A DNA stretch of 64,000 nucleotides from an uncultured Erysipelotrichaceae bacterium. Lineage in GTDB: Bacteria > Bacillota_I > Bacilli_A > RF39 > UBA660. The stretch covers positions 8,749 to 72,748 of the forward strand of contig CADBKG010000008.1 in assembly GCA_902795215.1 (NCBI GenBank). The letters run 5' to 3'. The position numbers and the translations under genes were made by a program. The first letter of the stretch is position 1; every line of letters starts with the position of its first letter. Positions 1-9,994 of this stretch are shown in pieces. The notes beneath the pieces were generated by a model that saw nothing but the letters and a program-made list of their open reading frames with translations, did no database searches and was not told the DNA's origin.

Positions 1-2
1 TT

Positions 3-740
3 GTAATAATCATATTTATTAATTTTGAAGATGTATTTAAAAAGATTATTCCTAAAAATAAACAAAATGAAAAATACGAGGATTCACCATTAGATTATAC
101 TTGCATTATAAATCTTCCAAAAGAAGAAGAGTTTTTAAGAGCAGAAATACTTGAAAAAACTAAAGCTTTTAATTCTATTAGAGCAGGGAAAAACAAAAAT
201 TTGGAAATTAAGTTAAATAAAAAAGTAGTAGAAGAAAAAGAAATGAAAGCTGCTGAAAAAAAGAAAGTTTTAAAAGAAATTCTTGAATATATTTCTAAAT
301 CTACGAAAAAACCAAAGATAACAAAAAAAGGTGCAATTAAGCTTAAATACCTATATAAACTTACAAATACAATCATATTAACTCCTGCCTATACAGAAGA
401 AGTTATTGATAATCCAACATTTGAAGAACTATATAATTATAGTTTTGATGAAATAGGATTTACAAAAAAAATAAGAGATAAATTATATGAACTACCAGTT
501 TATAATTACATATTGATTTTAACTTATGCTATTATTTACGATAATATTTATTACTTTGATGCTGTTTATAAGATGCTTAAATATAGAATAAAATTGGATG
601 TTAAAGGAGATTTTATAAAAGATAAGCATAAGTGTGATAAGTGTTTAAAACTTATTGAACAAATTATTGATGCATCTGGCAAAAAAGACACTTTTGAGTT
701 AGAAAAAGTAATTGATTTAATAAAATTGCAAAAAATTTAA
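3..740 (+). CDS. hypothetical protein, 5' end outside the window
   Basis: Frame 3 is open from base 3 to TAA 738-740. The ORF-track start at 201 is only the first start-like codon, so the gene probably begins upstream of the window. Lys/Glu-rich, with no motif I recognise. Confidence 0.5.
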   Translation, partial: VIIIFINFEDVFKKIIPKNKQNEKYEDSPLDYTCIINLPKEEEFLRAEILEKTKAFNSIRAGKNKNLEIKLNKKVVEEKEMKAAEKKKVLKEILEYISKSTKKPKITKKGAIKLKYLYKLTNTIILTPAYTEEVIDNPTFEELYNYSFDEIGFTKKIRDKLYELPVYNYILILTYAIIYDNIYYFDAVYKMLKYRIKLDVKGDFIKDKHKCDKCLKLIEQIIDASGKKDTFELEKVIDLIKLQKI

Positions 741-754
741 TGGAGGTGAAGAGT

Positions 755-3700
755 ATGAAAAAAAATAGAAAAATAGTATTATCTATTTCTTCTTTCATAC
801 TCTTTTTATGTGCTTTATTTTTAGCATATAAATTTTTATTACCTTCATCTTATAGTAGAATTACTGTAGGGACTCCCAAATGGAATGGAGAAATTGGATA
901 TGAATTCGGTGGAGGGAATGGAACAAAAGAAAATCCATACGTTATTTCAAACGGAGAAACATTTTCATTCTTTTTAAAAGCATTAAATGATAATCCTGAG
1001 TTATATTCTGATAAAAATTATATATTATCAAGCGATATAGATTTAAATAACAAGGAAATCTCTATAGCTTCTTTTAATGGTGTATTAGATGGTAATGGAC
1101 ATACTATAGGAAATATATATTTAACTAATTCTATTTTTAATAAATTAGATAACGCTAGTATTGTTAATTTAAACTTAGAAAACATTTCTATAAACACAAA
1201 TGATAATAAACCCAGTGTGCTTGCAAGAGAGATTAATAATACTACTATTAGTAGAGTTACTATTATAAAAGCAAATGTAGAAGTTGATAATAGTAATAGC
1301 AAGTCAGGAATACTTGCATCTAATATTACAAATTCTAATATAAATAGAATATATATAAATGGTAATATTGAAACAAATAGTGATTATGGTATGATTTCAA
1401 GTGATGAATCAAATAATACTTTAGATCATATTATTTTAAATGGAAAAATCAATAATGAACAAACAAACAAATTCTTTAATAATTCAAGTAGTGAAAATAA
1501 GAATAGTTATGTTTTAAACGAAGAAAACATTGAAAGTATAATAAATGAACTAAACGAAGATGAAAAAGAAATAATATGGCAAAATTATAATGGGCATTTA
1601 GTATATGAAACTAAAGATTTAGAAGCTATTAAAATTAAAAAAGCTGCGATTCCTAAACGTGTTAGAGGTGCAGCTATTGTAGAACATAATAGTGGAGTAG
1701 AAGGCACTAATGTATATGTTAATGACTTAATCGCTGATTATAATTATTATCAAGGACAAAACTATGTGTATTCACCATCTATTACTGCAACTCCAACAAT
1801 GGAAAACAAAAACATTTATGATGAAACTAATCTAGTGAAAACAGAAGTTGTATATGATGGTGTTACTGGTGGAAAAACTGGAACAATTTCTTTAACAGAA
1901 AATCAAAACAAAATATATTATTACAAATACTATGAAGTAAATGATAATGGTACTAGCGGTGATAATAGTGATGATTATATTTTAATAGAATTATTGGATA
2001 GTCCATTTACGAATAGACCAACAAACTTGGCTTTCCACGGATGGAAAACAGATTATTCTGGTGCATTTGTTTATCTAGATACAGAAGTATATGTAAGATA
2101 TGCTAAAATACCCGTTACATACGATGGGGATAATCCAGAAGATATAAGTATTACATTTAATGCTATATGGGAAGAAGCAACCACTTATACTCTTAATGGA
2201 CGTTCATGGACACAAGCAAATAATAATATTAAAGCGAAGGGTATGGAAGCACTTGAAATAAGGCAGATAGTAAATGGTAATTTGACATTACCTAGTGGTT
2301 ATTTTACATATGCTGGGTATGCAACATTTTATACTAGATTTACGGGTTATGACGTAAATGGTACTTATAGAAGTAATTATAGATGTACAAGTATACTTGG
2401 ATGTGCATATTATAATTCTGCTCAAGGAACAACTTATAATCCTAGTACAACATACTATAAATTAAATGGTCAAGCTGTTGAAGTAACAGAAGCTACTCTT
2501 CTTGCAGATGGTGTATTAAAATATATTCCAAAAGATCAATACACTGATATGACAGGATATTTTATTCAAAAAACTGCTGCAAATGGCACAAGTTTGCAAG
2601 GTTATTATAATTCTTCTGGAACTGCTCTAACCGGAACATGTTCATCAAGTGGTGGATGCTCTAACTATTATATGATTCAAGCTGATGATAATGGTGAACC
2701 AGATATTAATGTAACTTACTATTACATGGTAACAAGAGATACAAATATTCTTGTTATGAATGGAACAATGGATAATTCTTGGACAGATTCTATGACTAAA
2801 CCATTTACTTTAACAAGCGTTCATAATGGCACAGATTATAGAAATTCCAATAATGCCTCATGGGATATAGACTATGCTTATGGTTATGGCGTATATACAT
2901 ATGTTAAAGCGTTCAACGATTTAAATCTTGAAAATCTTAGTATTTCTTCCGGAGAAAATTTATCAAACGATGGTATATCAACAGATACTAATACTACTGA
3001 TTTTTTCTATGGTAATTATAATAATATAAAAATTGGTAGAGGTTTAACAGGAACAACCGGGGATGGTACAAGTTTCATTGGATTTTTAGGCGGTAATAAC
3101 TCATTTGATGATGTTGGTTCAAGTTCTTCTCCTAAAAGATATCGTATGATAATTGAAAGTGGTGTTTATAGAATTGGTGGAGCAACCAACGGTGTTAAAA
3201 GTACAGCACATACTCACTATATAGAAGAAACTACTATACTTGGTTCAGATATAGATAGAGTTAAAAACACTAATAATAAATTAATTATAGGTAATGTTTA
3301 TTCACCTAATTGGAGTGGAACAACTCATTCTAAAGATGATATTACACCTGCATATACAACAATTTATAAAAGTGGAAGCTTTGGTACTAAAAAATATGAT
3401 CATGCCACTGGTGCATATATTGGTGGAAGAGGATATGGTACTATTTATGGCCCTGTGGTCGCAACTGTAGAAGGTGGTTCTTTTTATAACATAGTAGGAG
3501 GACCAGTCCAGCCTAGTACGGATGAACAAAAAAACAAAGTGTTTTTAAATATTAAAGGTGGATCTATCGACAATGTTACTATTGGGGCAGGTACTAATGA
3601 ATCTTATGGTAATAGAATATTAAGTATAACTGGTGGAGAAGTTAATTATAGTGTATTTGGTGGTTCTAATGCATATGATCAAACAAGCGGAACATATGGA

Positions 3701-6700
3701 ATACTAAGAGGAAATTCTTATATATATGTTGGTGGAAATGCCACAATTGGAAGCTCAACAAATGTAAACAACAATAATACACTATGGGGCGCTGAAGCCG
3801 GAAGTTTATTTGGAAATGGAGTTGGTAACTCTGCATCATCTTCAATAGGTTCAAATAATAATGCCTATATAGTAATCGCTGATGAAGCACATATTAGAAG
3901 AAATGTGTATGGTGGTGGAAATTACGGTGCCGTTGGTATTGATACCAGTCAGAATTCTAGTGAAGTAAAAATAAAGATTATTGGTGGAACTGTAGATGGA
4001 AGCGTCTATGGTGGTGGAAACCAAAATGGTGGTGGATCTGACACTATACCTTCTAACACATATATTGAAATGCAGGCTGGACTAGTTAAGGGCTCTGTAT
4101 ATGGTGGATCAAATATAAAGGGTATTGTATATGGTGATTCAAACATAGATATTAAAGGTGGAACTATAAATGGTTCAGTATATGGAGGAGGCCAAGGTGG
4201 ATACGATAATGATAATGCACCTGGTACTTATGTCGCTGGAAGCGTACTTATAAACATTGGTGATACAAACTCTAGTACTTCACCTCAGATTAATACATCT
4301 GTATATGGTGGTAGTGCTTATGGTGCAGTTTGTACTCCTATACATGATCCTACTAAAACAAACGAAACTTTAACTTTAAATATAAATAAAGGTACGGTTG
4401 TTAACTCTGTATTTGGTGGAGGCCAAGGTAGTAGCACATATACTCCAATAGTCGCTTGTGATATAGAAGTAAACATCAATGGTGGAAGTCTTGGAAATAT
4501 TTATGGTGCAAATGATGCCTCTGGAATTCCAAGTGGAGCCCTTGAAGTTAATCTAAATGGTGGTACTGGAAGCAATGTATATGGCGGAGGAAACAACGCC
4601 GGTGCAAATATAACAAATGTTAATTTAAATGGTGGAACATTTAGTGACATATATGGTGGTTCAAACCAAAGTGGGGCAGTTAATACAACGCATGTAACTG
4701 TAAATAGTAATACTGCAACTGCTGTTTATGGTGGAAATAATGCCGGTGGTACAGTCACAAATACAAATGTAGTAATAAACGCTGGTTCAATTCCAAACGT
4801 ATTTGGTGGAGGAAACGCTGCGGAAGTAACTAATTCTTCTGTCATTATAAATGGTGGAACCACAACTAATGTTTATGGCGCAGGAAATAGGGCAGGCGCT
4901 AGTGAAACCCATGTAACAGTAAATTCTGGAACAATAACTAACTTATATGGCGGATCAAACCAAAGTGGTAGTGTAAGTGAAAGTAATGTAACGGTTGGTG
5001 CATTAAATGCAGCGAATAACTTAATAAATATTACAAATCTATATGGTGGAAACAACGCCGGTGGAGTTACTTCTGAAACCAATGTTGCTGTTCATTCAGG
5101 AACTATTGTTAATATATTTGGTGGAGGAAACGAAGCTGTAACTCATTACAATAATGTTGATGTAGATGGTGGAAACATTACAAACGCATTATATGGTGGT
5201 GGAAATAATAGTGCCACTTTAATGGATGTCGCTTTGAATGTTAGCAATGTTACTTTAAATAACCTATATGGTGGAGGAAACCTCGGAGATGTTGAAGGGG
5301 ACGTTGTTGTAAATGTACAAAATACAACAGTTAATGCATCTATTTATGGTGGAGGAAACCAAGCAGATGTATTAGGTGATGTAACTTTGAATATCGGTGG
5401 AACAACAAGTACTACAGGAAGTGTATTTGGTGGAGGGAACCACGGTATGATAGGTGCTAGTGGTGGAAGTTCTACTGTTACAGTAAATATAAAAGGTGCA
5501 AGTGTAACGGGTAATGTTTATGGTGGATGTAATACATCTGTTGTAAATGGTAATACCGTAGTTAATATAGGTGCATCTGCTAATACCAGTTTACCTACAG
5601 GAAATATACTAATAAATGGTACTGTGTTTGGTGGTGGTGAAGCCAATGCTTCAGGATCAGAAAACTATGACTTCTCATTTATAAGTGTTACTAGAGGTAT
5701 CGATATAAATATTGATGGAACAAATTATAATTCATTTGCATTAAATGGAAGTATATTTGGTTCAGGTAATGCATCTAGTTCACAAGGTACATCAAATATA
5801 TATATTAAAAATGTTGGAACAAGAACAAATCCAAATGTAAATATCTCTATCCAAAGAGCGGATAAAGTTACAATGGATAATTCTGTTATTGAATTACTTG
5901 GTGCAACAGATAGAACAAATGAATATAGTAATATCAAATATTCATTTAATAGAATAGGTGAGTTAGTAATTAAAAATAACTCAGTATTACTTCTTCAAAA
6001 AAATGCTAACTTACTTAAAAAATTTACAAGTGCTGTTGATGTAAATGGTACTCAAAAACTTGCAGAAGTAACAATAGATGATAATGGTAACTATACAAGA
6101 AATGTTGATAATAGATTATATAATCTAGCTAATAATAACTTGAATGTTATGAACAGTGAAGACTTATCAGACTATGGTATTGTAAAAGGTATGACCTACT
6201 TTGGAATGTATACAAAATATAGTAATGGTTCTTATCAATATGGAATGTATAAAGATGATGTAGGTAACGGAGATAGCATCGATACAGGTGATGTAATTAT
6301 AGGAAGTTCTTATGTCCTTGGTTCACATATGACTAGTCACGACATAACAAAAGATGGATATTATACAAATTATGCAAATGACGATTATACAAGTGTTCAA
6401 ACCAAATATATAGATCCAACTCCAGAGGATGCTGATTATTATATGTGGCTTATCGGAGCAGGGGCCACTAACTATGATATAGAGTTAACAGCATCTAAAT
6501 ATTCATCTCTTGGTACAAAGGAATTATCAATGCTTGATTTTTCAAAGGGAAATACTATTTTCCATGTATCAGGATTTAACAGTGAAGGTTTATCACCAAA
6601 TATCCAGCTTGTAGATTCAAGTGAAGTACCAAATATTACTAAAGATAAAAATCTTGCCAATAGTAAAATTGGTCTTGCAATGAAATCTGAAACAAGTGAA

Positions 6701-8410
6701 TGGACTAGTTATAATACAACATCATTTACTAGTGAAGATAATGGTTCTTTATATGGTGATACTGAGTATCAAATGGATAATCAAAACCAAGCACCTTCAC
6801 TTATGTTCTATTTATACCATGCTAAAAATATATCACTTGATGAAGATTTAGGAACGGTAGTTGTTTCACTTCAAGCAATGGAACCAAAAAATGAAATAGA
6901 ATATGAAGTAAAACTAATTACAATAACTATAACAATAACAGCGGTTAGTTATACTGATGGAAATGCATACGATGCAAGTATTACTTATGGTAGAAAGTAC
7001 GAAATGCCAAGTACTACTAGTGTAAATATTACAAACAAATCACAATTCACAACATATTTTGGATTATATGGTGAAGCAGAAAGCTTTGAAGCAATGTATG
7101 GGACAGGTGGAACGTACAAGCACGTCCTTACTTCAACTATGGCATTCCCAGAGGGAACTAAAATAACAATGATTGATATAGGCGTTAATGATAAAAATCC
7201 AGAAGAATATTATTATATAGTATCAAATTCAGATTATACTCAAGCAAGCTCAGAAGTACAAACTTCTGGAGAAACATCTATACCTTTATCAAAATTTATA
7301 AAAATGAATAGTCCAGATACGAATAATACATATAGTGATGCTAAGTCTAATCAAGTATATTATGATGATGAAAACAATTATGCATACGAAGAATTCTTAT
7401 TTATTATAGATTTAGAAAACGCTAATATGACTACAACAGAACTTAACAAAAGTATTTCTATGGAACTAAGAAATAATGAAAATAGAACAATAGTTTCTGT
7501 ACTTGGTATTAGACAAGAACAAATGATTTATAATCTATATAATGAACAAAGCAACATAGCACTTGGTGAAACAGTTACTATGCCAAGTGAGTATATCTAT
7601 AATGGACTTAATACAGAAGTAAATTATGAAACAGCAGTTAATTATAGTGAAAATGAAGGTAGACAAACTATTATTGATACAAATTATGAAACAAGTAGTA
7701 TGGGTCTAAATATAAGTTTCTACGATTCAAGTAATACTTTAATATCTTCATCATTACTAGAAGATACAACTATAGAAATAAATGGAACAACATATCATTC
7801 AGATAGTCATGGTGTATTTAGGATAAAACTTGCAGGTAAAGTATCAAATCTATCTAAGAAAATTAACATGCATATAGGTAATACTCTTCCAAAAGGTACT
7901 TACAAAATAGAATATAAATTATTCGCATCAGAAGATGGTCTTTATAGTGATGGTTCTAGAGATACGATAGTTACTAAAAATGTAACATTACTTGGCGCAG
8001 AAAATGCTATTAAAGTAGAAACTGAAAAAGAAGACCAAATAAAAGAAAAAGAAGATACATCTAGAAAAGCATCATATATAATTACTTATGAATCAGAACT
8101 ACAAGAACCTAATATAAGAGTATCTATTAGTAAAAGAAATACTAATGACAAAGATACAACAAATTATACTGAAATAGATCCAAATGAATTATTTACTACA
8201 ACATTTGTTAATCCAGCCGTTAATTCTTTAACGCCAGGAAGTACTCATGAAAAAATGGTTACAACATCTCCAACAGCATCTATTAATGTAAGTTATAACA
8301 TAAAAGATAACGTAGATACAGGAACATATAAGGTTACATTTAGACTCTATAATAAGAACAATTTAATAGATGAAGTAGATAAGTATTTAATTATAAAAAC
8401 CGAGCCATAA
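755..8410 (+). CDS. giant cell-surface beta-helix repeat protein (putative adhesin), N-terminally anchored
   Basis: The ORF runs 740-8410. The better start is ATG 755 (GGAGGTG at 742-748, 6-nt spacer), giving MKKNRKIVLSISSFILFLCALFLAYKF, a basic N-terminus plus a hydrophobic anchor or signal. The central third consists of dozens of degenerate ~20-25 aa units built on (V/I)(Y/F)GGGN...NGG(T/S)(I/V), as in parallel beta-helix or Pmp-like adhesins. No LPXTG or C-terminal anchor was seen. Confidence 0.8.
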   Translation: MKKNRKIVLSISSFILFLCALFLAYKFLLPSSYSRITVGTPKWNGEIGYEFGGGNGTKENPYVISNGETFSFFLKALNDNPELYSDKNYILSSDIDLNNKEISIASFNGVLDGNGHTIGNIYLTNSIFNKLDNASIVNLNLENISINTNDNKPSVLAREINNTTISRVTIIKANVEVDNSNSKSGILASNITNSNINRIYINGNIETNSDYGMISSDESNNTLDHIILNGKINNEQTNKFFNNSSSENKNSYVLNEENIESIINELNEDEKEIIWQNYNGHLVYETKDLEAIKIKKAAIPKRVRGAAIVEHNSGVEGTNVYVNDLIADYNYYQGQNYVYSPSITATPTMENKNIYDETNLVKTEVVYDGVTGGKTGTISLTENQNKIYYYKYYEVNDNGTSGDNSDDYILIELLDSPFTNRPTNLAFHGWKTDYSGAFVYLDTEVYVRYAKIPVTYDGDNPEDISITFNAIWEEATTYTLNGRSWTQANNNIKAKGMEALEIRQIVNGNLTLPSGYFTYAGYATFYTRFTGYDVNGTYRSNYRCTSILGCAYYNSAQGTTYNPSTTYYKLNGQAVEVTEATLLADGVLKYIPKDQYTDMTGYFIQKTAANGTSLQGYYNSSGTALTGTCSSSGGCSNYYMIQADDNGEPDINVTYYYMVTRDTNILVMNGTMDNSWTDSMTKPFTLTSVHNGTDYRNSNNASWDIDYAYGYGVYTYVKAFNDLNLENLSISSGENLSNDGISTDTNTTDFFYGNYNNIKIGRGLTGTTGDGTSFIGFLGGNNSFDDVGSSSSPKRYRMIIESGVYRIGGATNGVKSTAHTHYIEETTILGSDIDRVKNTNNKLIIGNVYSPNWSGTTHSKDDITPAYTTIYKSGSFGTKKYDHATGAYIGGRGYGTIYGPVVATVEGGSFYNIVGGPVQPSTDEQKNKVFLNIKGGSIDNVTIGAGTNESYGNRILSITGGEVNYSVFGGSNAYDQTSGTYGILRGNSYIYVGGNATIGSSTNVNNNNTLWGAEAGSLFGNGVGNSASSSIGSNNNAYIVIADEAHIRRNVYGGGNYGAVGIDTSQNSSEVKIKIIGGTVDGSVYGGGNQNGGGSDTIPSNTYIEMQAGLVKGSVYGGSNIKGIVYGDSNIDIKGGTINGSVYGGGQGGYDNDNAPGTYVAGSVLINIGDTNSSTSPQINTSVYGGSAYGAVCTPIHDPTKTNETLTLNINKGTVVNSVFGGGQGSSTYTPIVACDIEVNINGGSLGNIYGANDASGIPSGALEVNLNGGTGSNVYGGGNNAGANITNVNLNGGTFSDIYGGSNQSGAVNTTHVTVNSNTATAVYGGNNAGGTVTNTNVVINAGSIPNVFGGGNAAEVTNSSVIINGGTTTNVYGAGNRAGASETHVTVNSGTITNLYGGSNQSGSVSESNVTVGALNAANNLINITNLYGGNNAGGVTSETNVAVHSGTIVNIFGGGNEAVTHYNNVDVDGGNITNALYGGGNNSATLMDVALNVSNVTLNNLYGGGNLGDVEGDVVVNVQNTTVNASIYGGGNQADVLGDVTLNIGGTTSTTGSVFGGGNHGMIGASGGSSTVTVNIKGASVTGNVYGGCNTSVVNGNTVVNIGASANTSLPTGNILINGTVFGGGEANASGSENYDFSFISVTRGIDINIDGTNYNSFALNGSIFGSGNASSSQGTSNIYIKNVGTRTNPNVNISIQRADKVTMDNSVIELLGATDRTNEYSNIKYSFNRIGELVIKNNSVLLLQKNANLLKKFTSAVDVNGTQKLAEVTIDDNGNYTRNVDNRLYNLANNNLNVMNSEDLSDYGIVKGMTYFGMYTKYSNGSYQYGMYKDDVGNGDSIDTGDVIIGSSYVLGSHMTSHDITKDGYYTNYANDDYTSVQTKYIDPTPEDADYYMWLIGAGATNYDIELTASKYSSLGTKELSMLDFSKGNTIFHVSGFNSEGLSPNIQLVDSSEVPNITKDKNLANSKIGLAMKSETSEWTSYNTTSFTSEDNGSLYGDTEYQMDNQNQAPSLMFYLYHAKNISLDEDLGTVVVSLQAMEPKNEIEYEVKLITITITITAVSYTDGNAYDASITYGRKYEMPSTTSVNITNKSQFTTYFGLYGEAESFEAMYGTGGTYKHVLTSTMAFPEGTKITMIDIGVNDKNPEEYYYIVSNSDYTQASSEVQTSGETSIPLSKFIKMNSPDTNNTYSDAKSNQVYYDDENNYAYEEFLFIIDLENANMTTTELNKSISMELRNNENRTIVSVLGIRQEQMIYNLYNEQSNIALGETVTMPSEYIYNGLNTEVNYETAVNYSENEGRQTIIDTNYETSSMGLNISFYDSSNTLISSSLLEDTTIEINGTTYHSDSHGVFRIKLAGKVSNLSKKINMHIGNTLPKGTYKIEYKLFASEDGLYSDGSRDTIVTKNVTLLGAENAIKVETEKEDQIKEKEDTSRKASYIITYESELQEPNIRVSISKRNTNDKDTTNYTEIDPNELFTTTFVNPAVNSLTPGSTHEKMVTTSPTASINVSYNIKDNVDTGTYKVTFRLYNKNNLIDEVDKYLIIKTEP
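3470..5790 (+). repeat. intragenic degenerate tandem repeats encoding YGGGN-type beta-helix coils (approximate bounds)
   Basis: tatggtggtggaaa / tttggtggaggaaa (YGGGN/FGGGN) recurs every ~60-75 nt. Protein examples are NVYGGGNYGA, SVYGGGNQNG, NLYGGSNQSG and NIFGGGNEAV. Confidence 0.8.
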
Positions 8411-8468
8411 AATACTAGTATGATTAATTTATTTGTGATATACTTAATTATAGTAAAGAGAGGTAAGC

Positions 8469-9041
8469 ATGAAAACAGTTGGTAAAATTTTAATTGGTAT
8501 ACTTGAAGCAATAATTGTATTATATGCAATATTTGTAATAGTACTAATGCTTTCATATAATGAATTTGGTTATACAGAAGTAGGAGACCATACATTTGTA
8601 TCTATAAATGACCAAAACATAACAGAATTATCGGATTTTAAAGAAGGTGACTTAATCAGCATTAAATCAAAGACTTATAATGAAATTAATGCTGGAGATG
8701 AAGTATATTATTATGCCACTTTAAATGATGAATATATTATTGTAAAAGATAAATTACTAGAAAAAGATGGTAATAATAGAGAAGCAGTTTATAACTTTGA
8801 ACACAATGACAGTATGGTTACATATGATAGAATAATTGGTACATTTGAAAAGAATTACGAAGGTAAAGGAAAGATATATGATATACTTTTATCAACTGTT
8901 GGATTCTTATTACTTGTAATCTTACCAGTATTAGTAATATTCATATATCAAGTTTATAAATTCGTATTACTTGTTAAAGAAGATAAAGAGTTAACTAAAC
9001 AAGAAGCTTCTCCAATAAAACTAAAACCAAGAGAAAAATAG
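8469..9041 (+). CDS. SipW-like pseudo-peptidase membrane protein (catalytic residues absent)
   Basis: RBS agagagg precedes ATG 8469. The protein has N- and C-terminal TM helices. It aligns by eye with the SipW at 61418 (FGYTEVGDHTF vs FGLYTIISGSMEP; EKDGNN vs TKGDNN; RIIGTF vs NFVGKV), but SGSMEP Ser and THRV His are replaced. A paralog lies at 56325-56903. Confidence 0.55.
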   Translation: MKTVGKILIGILEAIIVLYAIFVIVLMLSYNEFGYTEVGDHTFVSINDQNITELSDFKEGDLISIKSKTYNEINAGDEVYYYATLNDEYIIVKDKLLEKDGNNREAVYNFEHNDSMVTYDRIIGTFEKNYEGKGKIYDILLSTVGFLLLVILPVLVIFIYQVYKFVLLVKEDKELTKQEASPIKLKPREK

Positions 9042-9066
9042 AAGATTTCAATCTTCTATTTTTATT
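9039..9066 (+). terminator. intrinsic terminator
   Basis: The hairpin tAGAAGATTtcaAATCTTCTa overlaps stop TAG 9039-9041 and is followed by a T-run. Confidence 0.75.
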
Positions 9067-9245
9067 TACTTTTTAATAAATAATTATTATAATTATAATA
9101 GGAATATTATAACTAAAGATAGAAGACTTATTATGAAAAAATGCTTTTATATATTATTTTAAATAGGTTATTATCTTATTACTAATTCTATTAGAATATA
9201 AATGATAATTTTCGGTTTTAGTCATATTGATATTAATCATCATGC

Positions 9246-9275
9246 AAAAAGCACTCAATCATCAATATTGAGTGC
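9246..9275 (-). terminator. intrinsic terminator for the minus-strand thioredoxin-like gene
   Basis: On the minus strand, GCACTCAAT-attgatg-ATTGAGTGC is followed by TTTTTG (plus-strand stems at 9251-9258 and 9268-9275). Confidence 0.6.
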
Positions 9276-9394
9276 AACCCAAATCGAAAGTGGCACTCAA
9301 CCGGAAAATCAAGTGCTTCCTTTTTTGTAATTTAATAATATCATAAAAATAATAAATTGTCTATATTAGTATATTTTAAAACTTTGATAGTATG

Positions 9395-9907
9395 CTAGTT
9401 ATAAACATATTCAACTATGCTTTTTGTATAATCATAATTTTTATATCCTCTGATGCAGTTTATAGTATCGTAGTTTTTTATAAATAAAGTTAGAGGAGTT
9501 CCAAAAGAGTAGTTTAAGTGCTCATCTAAGTGAGAGTCTGTACACTCGGCAGGTATGATTATTTCACTATTTCTAAGTAAGTTTAAGTCTTCGCTTGATA
9601 GTTTTTTAGTATCAACATATAGTATTTTAACTTCATAGTTTTTAGCGATTTCTTTTAGTACGGGTTTATAACTTTCACAAAACTCACAACCTGATTTACC
9701 GATTACTAAAAAGTTAATTTCATCTAAAGAAAGATAATTTTCTAAACTTGCATAATCTGATATTTCAATTATTTCACCTAGATTTTTCTCAGCTATATTA
9801 GATTCTACCTTGGTATTATTAGATGGTTTTTCATACTTAGTAAATGAATACCCAATTCTAGCAAGTATTAAACAAATAATAATTATAATAAAAACCTTTT
9901 TATTCAT
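9395..9907 (-). CDS. membrane-anchored thioredoxin-fold thiol:disulfide oxidoreductase
   Basis: It has an N-terminal hydrophobic anchor (FIIIIICLILARIGY) and the CxxC motif GKSGCEFCESYKPVL in a thioredoxin-like context. Confidence 0.65.
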   Translation of the reverse strand: MNKKVFIIIIICLILARIGYSFTKYEKPSNNTKVESNIAEKNLGEIIEISDYASLENYLSLDEINFLVIGKSGCEFCESYKPVLKEIAKNYEVKILYVDTKKLSSEDLNLLRNSEIIIPAECTDSHLDEHLNYSFGTPLTLFIKNYDTINCIRGYKNYDYTKSIVEYVYN

Positions 9908-9994
9908 TTTACATCACTATTATATAATATCATTTTTTTTATAAAAATACTACTTACTTTTTTGCTTTTTCCTTTTGTTTATTTTATAATAAAT

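Noticed and set aside
95-376. 93-aa minus-strand ORF at the left edge (and similar short antisense ORFs inside the giant gene, ileS, uvrC, ftsA, etc.)
   Set aside because: All are fully nested antisense to long, well-supported + strand genes in an AT-rich genome where stop-free antisense stretches are common. None has an RBS or a recognisable motif.
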